Shown here: piece by piece, positions 26,000 to 39,275 of the stretch
How the letters are laid out: each line of letters starts with the position of its first letter
Position numbering within the stretch: the first letter of the stretch is position 1
Origin: Callorhinchus milii
Taxonomy: Eukaryota
Direction: 5' to 3'
Length of the DNA stretch: 64,000 bases
NCBI RefSeq assembly: GCF_018977255.1
Contig: NW_024704743.1
Span: 36,892,001-36,956,000, forward strand
Program-made: the position numbers and the translations under genes
Notes under the pieces: generated by a model
What the model was told of the DNA's origin: nothing
Databases searched by the model: none
The model's input: the letters and a program-made list of their open reading frames with translations, nothing else

Positions 26000-27010
26000 G
26001 CTCAATGGAGACTGCCTGCTACTGATAAGTGCAGAGTAGGTAAACTCAAGGTTTCACGCCTTGTCTGTGCTGAGTTAGCTGATCTCAGCCAGAACACCCA
26101 CAGAGGTGTTATAGTTGGTCTCAGTGTCCTTGAGCTGAGGTGAGATAAAATCAACCAATATACCACATTCCCAGTTGCTATTCAGTGATTTCTTTTGGTC
26201 AGCTGAGTGTCTGACACATGCAGAAACCCATTACCATGCTTAAGAATATCTCAACCAAACTAAGATTTCCATGCATCACCTATACATGAAAATCCTAGGG
26301 ATAGATTGTTGGAATGGGATGCGCACTCTCTCCCTAGAGGACCACATCCTGCTTACCTAATTTGGGCAAGTATTAGGCTTAGGTTGTGGAGTCCTGTAGC
26401 TCAGTGGTTAGAGCACTCACTTTACAACAACAATCACAACAAGATTACATTTGTATAGCACCTTTCATGTCGGGAGGACGTCCCAAGGCGCTGGACAGTG
26501 TATAGCATTTCAGACACGAGCTGGGATCGGGGGGGAGAAGGGAAGGGAGGTGACCGATGGCATGGTCGAAGAGGAAAGCAAGCAAGAGACCTGGGTTCGA
26601 TTCCTGGCAGGGTGAAACCTTGGGCAAGTTTCCTTACACCACACGCCTAATAATAATCCCTCAATAAAAAATAATAAATTGGTCATTTCAATCTACGACT
26701 GTTCATGGGACACTGCTGTGTGCAATTGGCTGCTGCATTTCGCCCACAAATATACAGTCAATTCACTTTACAGTCTATTCTGTGAAGTGCTTTGAGACAT
26801 CTAGAAGATGTGAAAAGAGCTATATCAAATGCAAGGATTATTATTATTAAGAGCCAAGGCTTGGGGACCCTAGTGTGCGTGGTGATCCTGGTGGAAAGTA
26901 TAGATATTGGGTGAGGACAGGGCTGAGCCTGGAGAGGGTGCGGACACTTATTGCTCAGGTTTACAGGTGAACAGCCACTCGTAGGACTGCTGACACACGC
27001 AGGTCTCTAC
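26000..27010 (+). mobile_element. Ancient SINE (AmnSINE2-like) hosting nested insertions
   Basis: tctgtgctgagttagctgatctcagcc...ttggtctcagtg...aaaatcaacc...cagtga|...ggaaagt..gggtgaggacagg. Diverged copies at ~1190-1300, 7320-7430, 7870-8060, 8240-8380, 30860-30950(-), 37720-37880(-), 55750-55990. Family name from memory. Confidence 0.6.
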
Positions 27011-27544
27011 CCCATGCTCCCCTGATGGCATTGCTAGCTGCCACATTATAGGCGGGGGGGGGGGGAAGAGGAGGAGAGGTTTTTTACTTTAATATTCACT
27101 CTATGTAACTTAAAACACTTAGAAATAATATTAAAACTGTAAAAATAATGGATATGCTTGCACTCACTCTATCTTCACTCCCTCCCACTCTCTCACCTTT
27201 CCCTATTCCATTTGAAATTATTTACATTTGCTTTCGTGTTGGATCGGACCGATATACTGTAAGCAATTCTGGACTGGCAGCACGAGGAGCTGTTATTAAA
27301 GTCACTCCAAAGGGGTCTTAGAGGGAGATGGGCCCCATTTCATTTAAATTGATCCATTCCAGCCTCTTCTTGCTCTGGGACTTGAGGAAGGAGGTCCCTG
27401 GGCCAGGAGAAAAACAGGTTTGAGATCCAGCCGCATGGCATGCTCAGGCTACTGTTGAACACAGTGCCTTTACAGGCTAGTAGAAATGTGAGTACTGTGT
27501 GGAGGTGGTGAATTGTTTGTGAGAATGTTTATACCAAACTTTCG

Positions 27545-27938
27545 AAGCCCTCCACGGCCTTGCTTTTCCCTACTTCTGTGACTTGCTAACCCCCAATCAA
27601 CCTGGCCACACCCTCGCTTGGCGGACTCTGGCTTGCTCCACGGCCCCTGCCCTGTCCGCCCCATCATCGGCTGTCGGGTCTTCAGCCTTTCTGCCCCCAC
27701 CCTCTGGAACTCCATCCCACATTGCCTTTGCCTCATTCCCTCCCTTGCCTCCTTCAAGGCCTGTCTCAAGACCTTCCTCATCCACAATGCCTTTGGTTAT
27801 CCTTCTACCCATACTCTCCCTGCCCTCCACCCCTCCTGATCCCAAACCTCAGCTCGGGTGCACATCCTTGACTGTCCAACGATTTGGGATGTCCTCCAAA
27901 CATGAAAAGCGCTGTATAAATATAACTTGTTGTTGTTC
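27545..27938 (+). mobile_element. L2 3' fragment (similar one at ~12220-12470)
   Basis: APTLWNSIP...SFKACLKTFL homology and (GTT)n tail. Confidence 0.82.
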
Positions 27939-30900
27939 TAAGAGGGAATGCAGGACACCAACTGGTCTATTAGAGGCTGTGTTGTCTGCCTGGAGGCTGC
28001 CAAAGTTTTCCTGAGTGAACTGAAGCCCGATTTGTGAACTAAGCCTGTTTGTGTGTCAGTGTCTGTCTTCCTGGGCTGGTCCATATGACAATATATTTAT
28101 ATTTTCTCCACACGCTTCTGAGGGTAATGCTTCACACTGTCGTGCAGATTCAACAGCATCAGTTTCCCTCTGATCTCTCGCTCAACTTCTTCGTACTTGA
28201 GCCCAGCGGAAAGTTTCTTTTATTCCACAATTGATTTCTTCAGCAAATAGCTATCTAATGCCCTCTTGAATTTGCTGACACAATGTGTTTTGCATCTAGC
28301 TCTTTGTGCCTGTCTGCAGTTATGGTCATCACCTGCACTTGTAAACCACTCTGTCGAGGGATATGTCATGAACAAAGAAAACAATGCCACTTTGGATAAC
28401 CAACTGGTAATGGATGAAGACAAAGAACGAAGTTTGGACAACCACACTTCTTTCTTTGCTCCCTGCATAAGTGTTGTGATAAGAAGAGAAGCATTCATTT
28501 ATCATGTTCCAGTGTTTGCATTCATCGCAGTAGCCATGCTTTTAGTTGAACAAATTACTAGATAAGCTACAAGAGACTAACTTCTCAATGAATCCTTATC
28601 TTTACCCTACTCTATCAATGATCCCAATAATGTTAAGCGGTATCTCTGCCATTGTGAAGCGTTCATGAATGCAACTTTAAGTTTAAACACTTTGAGAAAT
28701 GTCAATGGCATAATAAGGTGCATGTATCAAATGCAAGGATTAAAACTTCTCTAAATGTCAGTAGAGAATCTATCCATTTCATTCACCCTGTAGCAGAGGA
28801 AACAAATTGAATATGAGGCCATATCAATAGTGCCTTTTGCATTAGGAATCAATACTTCAGTCTTTAATTTAGTAACAAAATAATGCAGAATTGAATATAC
28901 TTTAATTAATAGATGTAACAATATGTTTTAAAGTATGTCTAGTGCTGTACTGGGTGGTGCCTTAAAACCCACCAGGGCATCGCAAGAGCTTTGTTGTTTC
29001 ATTCTGTCACGTATGCATGTTGATACAATACAACAATAGAATACAAATTTACATTGATGTAGTACCTTTCACCTCGGAGTCTTGCTCATATAGCTTCCCT
29101 TAGGTGGTTCAAATGGATAAAAGCAGAACATGAGTAAAGGAGTAAACTACAGGGCTCTTGGAAAAAAGGCATAGAAATGGGACTGAAAGAATTGTTCTTT
29201 AAAAGAGTTAGCACAGACACGATGGATCAAATAGTCTTATTCTGTGCTGTAAATTTCTATGATTCTATGTTGTTTTACAGAATGTTCAAGCTTTATCCCT
29301 CATCAGGGCTAAATTAGTCAATCTCAGTAGGAACAGTGTTGGACTCGGTTGACAAGAGCAAATGTTAGCCAGGATCTCTTCTGAAAAGTCTCATGTGTGG
29401 TTTGGGTGAGGATTAGATTCTCAGTCACATTGGCTGTTAACATTCAACCTAGGCTCAAATGTGAAGAAATGTAACTTCGCCCACAACAACAACAACAACA
29501 AGATTCCATTTATCAAAGAAATGCTCCTGCCTTTGAAATGTCTACTTGGGTTTACTTTTTTGCACTTCATTAGAATAATAATTATCCTTGGATTTGATAT
29601 AGCATTTTTCACATCAAGAGAACATTTCGAAGCATTATTCTCCATATAACAACAACAACTTGTATTTATATAGTGCCTTTCACACAGGGTGACAGTGGTG
29701 GAGGCTGATAACAAGCCAGGGGGAGATACAGATGGGGGGGGGGGGGGCAGGGACTGTAACCACCATCAAAAAGGAAGGTCTTTAGGTGGGATTTGTAGGT
29801 GGGGAGGGAGCAAGGCAGAGAGATTGAGGGCAAGAGTTCCAGATTTTCGGTGTGGCTCAAGGCACGGCCACCAATGGTGGAGCAGAGGGCACAAGGAACA
29901 AACAGGAGTTGGTCTTTATGACTTACTGTAAACTGTAGTGACTATATATTTATCAGGCAATGGTGGGGTCTCTGAGACATTGGACCCAAGCAACTGAGTT
30001 ATCTTGAGGGTTATCCATTACTTTCACATTCTCTGCTTATCTCTTATCTGGGAGTCTCTCTTTCACTCCGTCTCTCTCTCTCTAAACCTCTAATTTTCTG
30101 TCTCTTTCTATGACCTTTGTTACCTCTATCTCTTACAATTACCTTCCTGTGCCTTCACAAACTCCAGTTGTGGCAGAGTTACGCACATGCACCTGAGGTT
30201 ATTAGATACTTTGTTTCCTTGTGTGCAATCTCATGTATATATATTAAATGCAAGGATTATTATTATTATAAGCACAACTGAATTCACAAGTCATTGTGTG
30301 CACATGCCCAGAAACTGATGTGTGCACACCATCAATTCATTGTTTTTATTTATCAAATTGGGGAGAAAGTCATTTTTGTACCAATTGACTTAATCAAAAA
30401 AGTGGGTACTTTTTGGTATAAAACAACTTTAATAGTGCTTAAGAATACCTGTAAAATGAGATGGTGATTAATAAATCAAAGAGATTGTGGGAATGGAATG
30501 CCAGGAGGCAAGATATCCATTTCCCATGGATATTGTATTGACTTTGTAATACAATAGCAAAAGTGCACTTAGAACATTGAATTTAGCCTTGGTCATCACA
30601 GTTTCACAGGAATATATAAGCCACATTGTTGTAGCAGATTACACCACCAATGATTAACTTCCCATCTGAAATGTAAGTTTTGACTGAATCATCGCTGGCA
30701 GCTATAAAGAAAACTGGACTTTTGACTTACACTTGTATGTAGCCTACAGCAACGGAAGATCATAAGACAAGTTCAGACGAAGAAGGCCCTTCGGCCCATT
30801 TGATCACATCTTTCCAAACTAACAACCCTACCTCTTTCTCATTACAGGAGAGTGGGAACCTGTCTAACTTTTCTTCCCTCGCCCAGAGGTGCTAAGGGAC

Positions 30901-32384
30901 AATGGTATGTTTCCATTTGAAATCAGCTAACCCAGCATAGACAGAGGCTTTAATTGAGAGCTTATCTGTACCTGCCACTGAACTGGGTAATAAACCCCTT
31001 GAGCTAATTGGAAAGCCTAACAAGAGTTGCTCTGTGAGGCAGGTTTATTCAAACCTGCATTTTGAATTTCTTTAAATTTGCTGACGTGCAGTGATATAAG
31101 GAAACATTGCCAATTCTGTTTTGTTCCTGTGAGTGAGTGAATCTGGCTAACAGCACTGGGTTCTATCTCGAATGTTGTGGACAGTCGCTGAGGTTAAAAT
31201 ACTTGAAACTAATTTCTTGTTTCACTTGGGAACAGTTGACTGCTGCTTTCAATAGCCTAACTAAGCTAAAAAGTGTTCAAAAACCTGTCCAACACCATCA
31301 ACATAAAAGTTTAATTGTGGAGTCCGATAGTGTGGTGGTTAGTGCACTAGCCTCGCAAGCAAGAGGATTCTTTTTAGGACCTGAGTTTGATTCATGTTCA
31401 GCGTCATGCTGCGCACTGTCAAGAGTTCTGGGATGCTACCATGCATGAGGGGCACCATATAAATACAAGGTGGTGTTGTTGTTGTTGATTCCGGGGTGAG
31501 GCAAAACCTTATTCAAGGTTCCTTACTCCACACACATCTGTTTACCTAGCAGTAAGTAGAAACCTGGTAGTTAATTGATTGGTGGATCACTTTCCAGGGG
31601 TAATAATCCCCCAAAAATAATTTTGGGGGGGTCACTCAATCCCTGACTGTTTGTGGGTCGGTGTGCAGTTGGCCACTGTGTTTCAACCACAAGATAAACA
31701 GTCAATCCACTTTACAATATATTTTGTGAAGCGCTTTGAGACTTCTCAACAATGTAATAAGGCACTATATCAAATGCAAGGATTATTATTATTATAATTC
31801 AATTCTAGAAAAGAAGAAAGAATTACAGACTTTCACTTGGCTTTACAGCACAGCCCTTACAGTCTAGGCAAATTGACACATTCATTTAATACCTCAGACA
31901 GCATAATGTATTCAAAGTAAAAGCATTGTGTCAACTGGATATCACAATAATAAAATCAGCAGAGTTTGCCTCTGAAACAAGCACTCAATTAACTTATATG
32001 CCGTTTCTGCATTTCAATCTTCTTTTCAGATAATCCAGGGCCTTTCAGCCATTTGAATGGTAATTGGCAAATAACCACCTTAGTTACTGGCAAGGTTTTG
32101 GGAGGTCCTTTTGGGAGGTCAATTTTCACCTCTCTTCTACATCTAAAATCACTAAGAAGGAGAAAGAGCTCTGGAGTATTTTTCGCGCCATACCTAGGCC
32201 AAGGGGCACTGAAGCCAATTCTATCACCTCAAATACTAGTGAGTTTAGTTAGTACAGACCATGGTTTTGACCCATCTGGTTGAGTTACCCGTGCTACACC
32301 AAGGGGTGCCTTAATCCACTCAACACCATTGGGGGAAGCTCAACACACACTATTGTAACAATCCATTGGCAGCATTTTGTATGT

Positions 32385-34600
32385 ACAACAACAACAATAA
32401 CAAGATTACATTTGTATAGCGCCTTTCACTTTGGGAGGACGTCCCAAGGCTTTGGACAGAGTACAGTATTTCAGACCCGAGCTGGGGTCAGAGTGGGAAG
32501 AGAAGGGAGGCGAAGGGGGGTGACCGATATCATGGTCAAAGAGGAGGGTCTTGAGGCGGGACTTGAAGGAGGCTAAGGAGGGGGCGAGGTGAAGTGACTG
32601 GGGGATGGAATTCCAGAGGTTGGGGGTAGAGTGGCTGAAGGCTCTCCCGCCAATGGTGGGGCGGTGGGTCAGGGGACGTGGAGCAAGCCAGAGCCGGCTG
32701 AGCGGAGGGAACGGGCGGGTTGGTTGGGGAGTAGGAGGTCGTAGAGGTAGGGTGGGGCGAGGCCATGGAGGGTTTTGTATGTGAGGACCAGGATCTTGAA
32801 CTGGATCCTCTGAAGGCTAGGGAGCCAGTGGAGTCGGGTGAGTGTGGGGGAGATGGGGTCACGGAGTTTGGTGTGGGAGAGGACATGGGCTGCAGAGTTC
32901 TGGATTATCTGCAGCCTGTGGGGGGAGGAGTTGGGAAGGCCGACAAGCAGGGGCTTTGCATAGTCGAGCCTGGAGGTGATGGGCATGAACAAGAGTTTCA
33001 GCGGCCTGAGGGGTGAGGTAATGGCGGAGTCAGGCGACGTTACAGAGGTGAGGGAAGGCAGAGCAGGTCATGGCTTGAATGTGAGGGAGAAAAGACAGTT
33101 GAGGGTCGAACAAGACACCGAGGTTCCTGACTGGCTGGTGAGTTGAAGTGTGCAACCATGGAGGTTGATGCTGCCAGAGCCTGAGGAGCTGAGGCGCTGG
33201 CGCGAGCCAATCAGGAGGGCCTCAGTCTTGTTCACATTCAACTGTAGGAAATTTGCCCTCATCCAGGACTTGATGTCCGACAGACAGTCTTGTCAGGACA
33301 ACAGTGGTCCTTTAGTTGAGGGTGGAGGCAGAAAGATAGAGCTGGATGTCATCTGCATACGTGTGGAAGTTGACCCCATGTCTGTGGATGCTGTCACCAA
33401 GGGGGAGCATATAGATATTAAAGAGGAGAGGGCCAAGAATAGAGCCCTGGGGGACACCAGACATGACAGTGCGGGGGCTGGAGGAGAAACCATTGGAGGC
33501 AACGAAGTGGAGATGGTGAGAGAAATAGGAATTGAACCAGGCAAGGGCAGGTCCATGAAGATTGAGTGAAGCAGAGAGGCAGTGTATGAGGATGGAGTGG
33601 TCGACAGTGTCGAAGGCGGCAGAGAGGTCGAGGAGGACAAGGAGGCAGAGGATGCCCTGATCACAGATGTTCAGAAACTCATTAGTGACTTTGACCAGGG
33701 CTGTTTCTGTGCTGTGGGCAGAGTGGAAGCCGGATTAGAGGGGTTCAAAGAGGGAATGGCGAGAGAGAAAGGAGCGGAACTTGGATGCGACGACTCATTC
33801 CAGGACTTTGGAGAGGAATGGGGTGTTAGAGATGGGGCAGTAGCTGGAGAGGAGGGATGGATCCAGGGAAGGTTTTTTCAAGATGGGGGTGATGACGGCT
33901 GTTTTCAGGGGTGTGGGAACTGAACTGGTAGACAAGGAGAGGTTGATGACATCAGAGAGGAGAGGGGCCAGAAGGTGGAGCTGGGAGACAAGGAGAGAGG
34001 TAGGGATGGGATTGAGGGAGCAAGTGGTGGGTTTGAGTTTGCGGACAGTCGTAGTGAGGGAGTAGGGAGAGATAGGGTCGAAGGAGTATAGGGGGGGATG
34101 GGTGGGGGGGTGGATCATGAGGGAGAGGTGATGTGGGGATGGCTGTGGACGGGGCTGAGATGGCTGAACGTATCCCCTCGATTTTAGATTCAAGGAAGTC
34201 CAGCATCTCCGCACAGTTAGAGTTTGAGGAGAGGATGGATGAGGTATGGGAAGGTGGACGGAGGAGACGGTTAGTGCTGGAAAAGAGAAGCCTGGGGTTG
34301 TCCTTTGCCTCCAAGATAACCTTGGAGTAGAAGGAGGATTTGGCGGAGGCAAAAGCACAGCAGTAGGTCTTGGTGTGGTGAAGCCAAATCTGCCGATGGA
34401 CCGTTAGTTTGGATTTGGTCCAGGCACGTTCGGCAGCTCGCACTTGTGCCTTGAGGGAACAGAGATGCTGGTGTACCAGGGGGATTTACGGGAGTATGAG
34501 GCAGTTAGGGAGGTGAGGGGAGCAAGGTAGTCTAGAATGGAGGAGAGGGAGTTGGGGAGTAAGGAAAGTGAGGAGGGGAGATTGGTCAGTGAGGGCAGCA
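32385..34600 (-). mobile_element. L2-clade LINE, 5'-truncated (~2.2 kb), frameshifted ORF2 (RT region and C-terminus)
   Basis: Frames encode KTAVITPILKKPSLDPS..YCPISNTPFLSKVLE, NFLQLNVNKTEALLIGS and SRLDY...[12 protein letters not shown]...LHWLP. Ends in a (GTT)n tail. Confidence 0.92.
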
Positions 34601-37600
34601 AATGTAGTGAGCAAGCAGCAAATTATAATAATAGTAATAATCCCTACAGCACCTTTAACATGAGACGGATATCCTAAAGTGTTTCACAAGATATACTGTA
34701 GAGTATAGTGACTGTATATTTTTGTGGGCAAAACATTGGTGAAGCAAATCAAACAATGATGAAAACTGCAACAATCAATGTGATACCCATCACTGGTTTC
34801 ATTTTCACAAACAGGGTTGAAATTTCCACTCCTGACGATGTTCTCGTTGATACTGGTTGTGGACTCACTAACCCCGGCATCCCCCCAGTCATTAATCTGA
34901 CACCACATAACTCAACTTCAGAAGTACTGCTGCAACTGAGATCGACTATTGCAGCACAAACAGGGGGAAGAAAACCTGAGATCTACTGGTCTGTATGTCA
35001 CAGTGTTACACCAGGTGATGCCTTTACACAGTAGGCAACTAGGTTACAGAGGTCGGAAATTTACATTTCTGATAAAAATAGTACTTTTCCGTATGGCAAG
35101 GCTTGAAGAAAAGATTGTTCCGTATATAGCAATGTGATTCTCTCTATGTGTATACAATTTAAACACAATATAATATATGTACATGCTGTATATTCTGTAT
35201 ATCATAGAATTATAGAATCATAGAATTATACAGCACAGAAGGAGGCCATTCAGCCCATCGTGTCTTTGCCAGCTCTATGAAAAGAACTATCCAATTCAAT
35301 CCCACTCCCCCACTCTCTCCCCATAGCTCTGCAAACTTGTCTTCCCCAAATAATTATCTACTTTGCTCTTAAAAGTTGTTATCAAATCTTTTTCAAAATT
35401 AATTTTAATACAAATGTTTTTAATTGACTGTGTATTTTCGTGGGCATAAAAGCATGTGAAGCGCTTTGAGACATCTCAACGAAGTGATAAGGCGCTCTAT
35501 CAAATGCAAGAATTGTTATTATTATTATACGTGCATAATATTGTGTGTTTGCCTTCGCACATAGTGAAGAAACGAAAGGGACCTGCATACCATGATAACA
35601 TTCCATCAGGTAACATCCACAGACATTTTCAGTCAGTCCAAAGAAACACAAAATAATCGTATCCGCACAGTTTATGGACACAAAGGATTCACATCAATTT
35701 CAGACTCTGGCAGAGCTAATTGAAAAAAAAATGTTTTTTAGAATGAAGTTTTTTGTATTTGTACCACTCTGTGTGTGACCAAGCTTTCCGATGACAAAAC
35801 ATTTTCTTGCCAATTGATCAGGACTGATAACAAAAGATTCTCAGTTAATAATGACCATTTTAACCTCTGGTTTGAACCTAGCATTGCTAAATTGAATTTC
35901 CAGTGTGGAAGACACAATAACAGAAGATTATGACAGTCCATACTACGTGAAGAACTTTGTCTGGTGAAATCACCACTCATTGACTAGGCCACTTGGGCAA
36001 AGTGCAAAATGTTCCAGCATCCAGGGAACTGTACTTCAGCGATAGTCATTGTCGTCACAAGAGGAGGAAAGCGGGTTTACAGAATCTTTGGGCCTTTTTC
36101 ACTAAATAAATAATAATCCTTCAATTTGATATAGCACCTTTCACTTCAGGAGGATGTCTCAACATGCTTCACAGAGTGTACTGTAAAGTGTAGTAGCTGT
36201 GTATTTTGTAGACGAACGCAGCAGACAATTTGCAGGGTCACTGAGACCAATTGCAGCACCACCATTGTTGCTAAAAATCAGATCAACTAACTCAGTGTCA
36301 GAGCAGCGAGCTCAGCACAGATTCCAACCTGCAATCTGAATCAATGTTCCATGAAATGAATGACCAATTTTATTTGGAAGATTGTTGGCTAGGATAATGG
36401 AAGTAACTCCCTACTCTTTTTGAACAATGTCACGGGATCTTTTAATGTCCACCTGAACAGGTAGTCAGGGCATCGGTTTACTGTCTCAACTGAAGGAAGA
36501 CATCATCAACAATTCAGCACTTCCCCAGCACTGTATTGGAGGACAATGAGAGGTTTCTGCATCTTATGGTAAGCTTTTGCTTATTGTGTCTTCCTCACTA
36601 GACTACATATGTTCTCTCTTTCTAGTCTGCGTAGTTAACTATCTATGAAAAGCATTCAGAAATTTATGTGACATTCATCAAGTTTTAGTGTAAATGTTAG
36701 GACATTTTTGTAGTATTTGATCGTGTTGTAATGTCTCAAAGCAAATTCCGGTAATAATTGGCAAAGGTAAGCCCTGTTTCAAATGGGTTAATTGTGCATT
36801 TTAATTTTGATTTAATGCATTATATGGAATTGAAAGAGGTATCTATTAAAATAATGTAGGGATATAGATTTTAAAGCAGGAATTTGTTTCCCTTTTGTTT
36901 TCAGTTTAGCAAAGCAGCAGTGATCTTTGTGCCTGTAGAGCCTTGTTTCTTCGTACAGCAATTAAAGATACTGTAATAATAATAATCTTTGCATTTGATA
37001 TAATGCCTTATCACATCACTGAGATGTCTCAAAGATGCTTTCTAGATACTCTGTAAAGAGGTATGACTGTGTATATTTTGTGGGAGAAGATTTTGTTTGG
37101 AACTGCTGCTTTTCCAAGGCAACAATGAGTTAAAATTTGAAACTAACAATGAAGGCAACAGTCTGTTGTTGTGCCCTGTCCATCTGGCGGAAATAGTAAG
37201 CAGCATGACATCCCCTTTAATACACTCTTGTCATGTTTCTGTGAGTGTGGGAGTGAGCTTCTGACACTGACTGATTAAACAACCTCCCACTGATTCTGAA
37301 CTAAATCCAGGCCCATCAATTCCCATTGCTAGATCCACAAGTTCTTTAGCCAGCGGCAAAGTGAAAGGCTGGCCAAGTTCCCCGTTCTTCCCCTTTTCCC
37401 TCCTACTTTTCTCCCTTCCACTCCTCTTGAAGATGAAAGAAAAAACCTTATTATGTCCAAATTTCTCAAAGCACGCTACCGTATTTACTATCAGGTGTCG
37501 TGACTATTTCTGTAGGCAGACAATGATGACAATACTTGCTGACTTATGTTTCAAATGGGCACTGGCAGGACTTGGGATATTAAGTCAAAGGAATCGTTCC

Positions 37601-38699
37601 TCATGTGTCAGCCTGGATTGTGAATATCAACAAGTTACTCGACTGTGCAGGGCATCTCAAACACATCTGCTGACTGCACTCGTGTCCTTTCCAGTCAGCA
37701 TCTCTAACAGCACCAGGAGTGCTGATTTTTCTCTTCCTAGAACAGGGTCTCTGAGACCAATTGCAGCATCACCATTGTTGCTAAAAATCAGATCAACTAA
37801 CTCAGTGTCAGAGCAGCGAGCTCAGCACAGATTCCAACCTGCAATCATCTGGTCTGCATGGCTGGGTCATGAACTAAGCTGTGCATTTAGGGAAAGCCCA
37901 TGACAGCGGCTGCACAAAATGAGGCATCAGGACAGCTGTGGGTTCATTTTCATCATTGATCATGAGTGAAGTTGGTGGCTGTTTGCTGAGAAGACACAAC
38001 ATAGATACAAAAATATATCCCCCGAAAGGGATTCTCCTTCCATTCACCAAAGTGCATTGCAAATTGTGCAGAAGAACAGAGAATCTAACACAGTCTAACT
38101 TTGGTTCCTAGACACCGACACTCTTACAAACGAAGGTTCAAGAACATGATGAGGATAGTGAGCCATCTAGTTGCTTATAATGATTTACTTCCTGGCTATT
38201 AATAAAGTCCAATTAAATTGCCATAAAAATTCGTATAAATCTTTTTTTATGTTTTTGTTAAATTTTTGATGAGGTTCTTGTCCCAACAGAACAGGCCTTT
38301 CATGACATCGATGCCAGATCAGCTGAAAGAAAGTTTAGTCTCATCTTTACTGCTGATGTTCTGCTATTATGATTTAAGCACTATTTTTAATTGGCAATTT
38401 AAATGCTTAGACTAGACTTCTCGATCCATCTGTCTCTTTCCGGAGTTTTTAACAAGCTCATTTTGACACATGCAGCAGAACTTCCAGACACCTGCTTGAC
38501 TAGACAAAAAAATGTAACCTTCCATGTAACCCTTGTATCGCTGGTATAGGTTTTAAGGGTTTTCAAATCTCATGTTATTTGGCATTGATATTTATAATTG
38601 CCCAAATCGGAGCATTTCTCCTGCAATGCAGTACAAATTCTATCTCATCCAAGCCTGATGCCTTCAAGAGTTATGAGTCTTCCCTGTAGTGGACCAGCA

Positions 38700-39275
38700 A
38701 GTACAATAGAACCAGTGATAAACAAGATAAACAGGATGCTGGCCTACATTGCCAAATCAGTTGAGTTCAGATCCTCCGATGTCATCCTCAAACTGTGCCA
38801 TGTTCTGATCAGGCCACATCTGAAGTATATTCTAGTTTTGTGATATGGGCTGGTGGGAGACCCAAGTCCTGAAGGTAATGCGGAAGAGAACCACGAGGCT
38901 GAATCACAGTGTTAGAGGAATGAGTGACAAACAAATAACCAATTAAGCTAAAGCTCTTCAGCCTTGAAAAGAGGTGTCTCAACTGGAACTTTATAGAACT
39001 ATGTAGGATGCTAAATGGCATTGAGAAAGTAAACCTAGAATAATACTTTCAGATACCTTAAGGTAGCAGAACCAGAAGGCATCTGTTCAGGGTTGCAAAG
39101 GAGGGCAATTTTAGGACAGACAAAGAAGTAATTCTATACAGAGAGGGTAATTAATATTGGAACAGATCAACAGGAAGGCCATTTAAGAAGCAACCTAATG
39201 TTACAATAGGTTGCTGGCAGAGTGGCGGCCTGAAAAGATGAGATCAAATGGGCCAAAGAACCTTCTTCTTCCTAA
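38700..39275 (+). mobile_element. Old CR1 LINE 3' fragment
   Basis: INRMLAYIAKSVEFRSSDVILKLCHVLIRPHLKY resembles the CR1 ORF2 C-terminus; CR1-type tail atgggccaaagaaccttct. Confidence 0.8.

Noticed and set aside
29281..29310. Hammerhead core on the minus strand (ctgatgagggataaagcttgaac)
   Set aside because: Stem II is weak, GAAC replaces GAAA, and there is no Penelope context.
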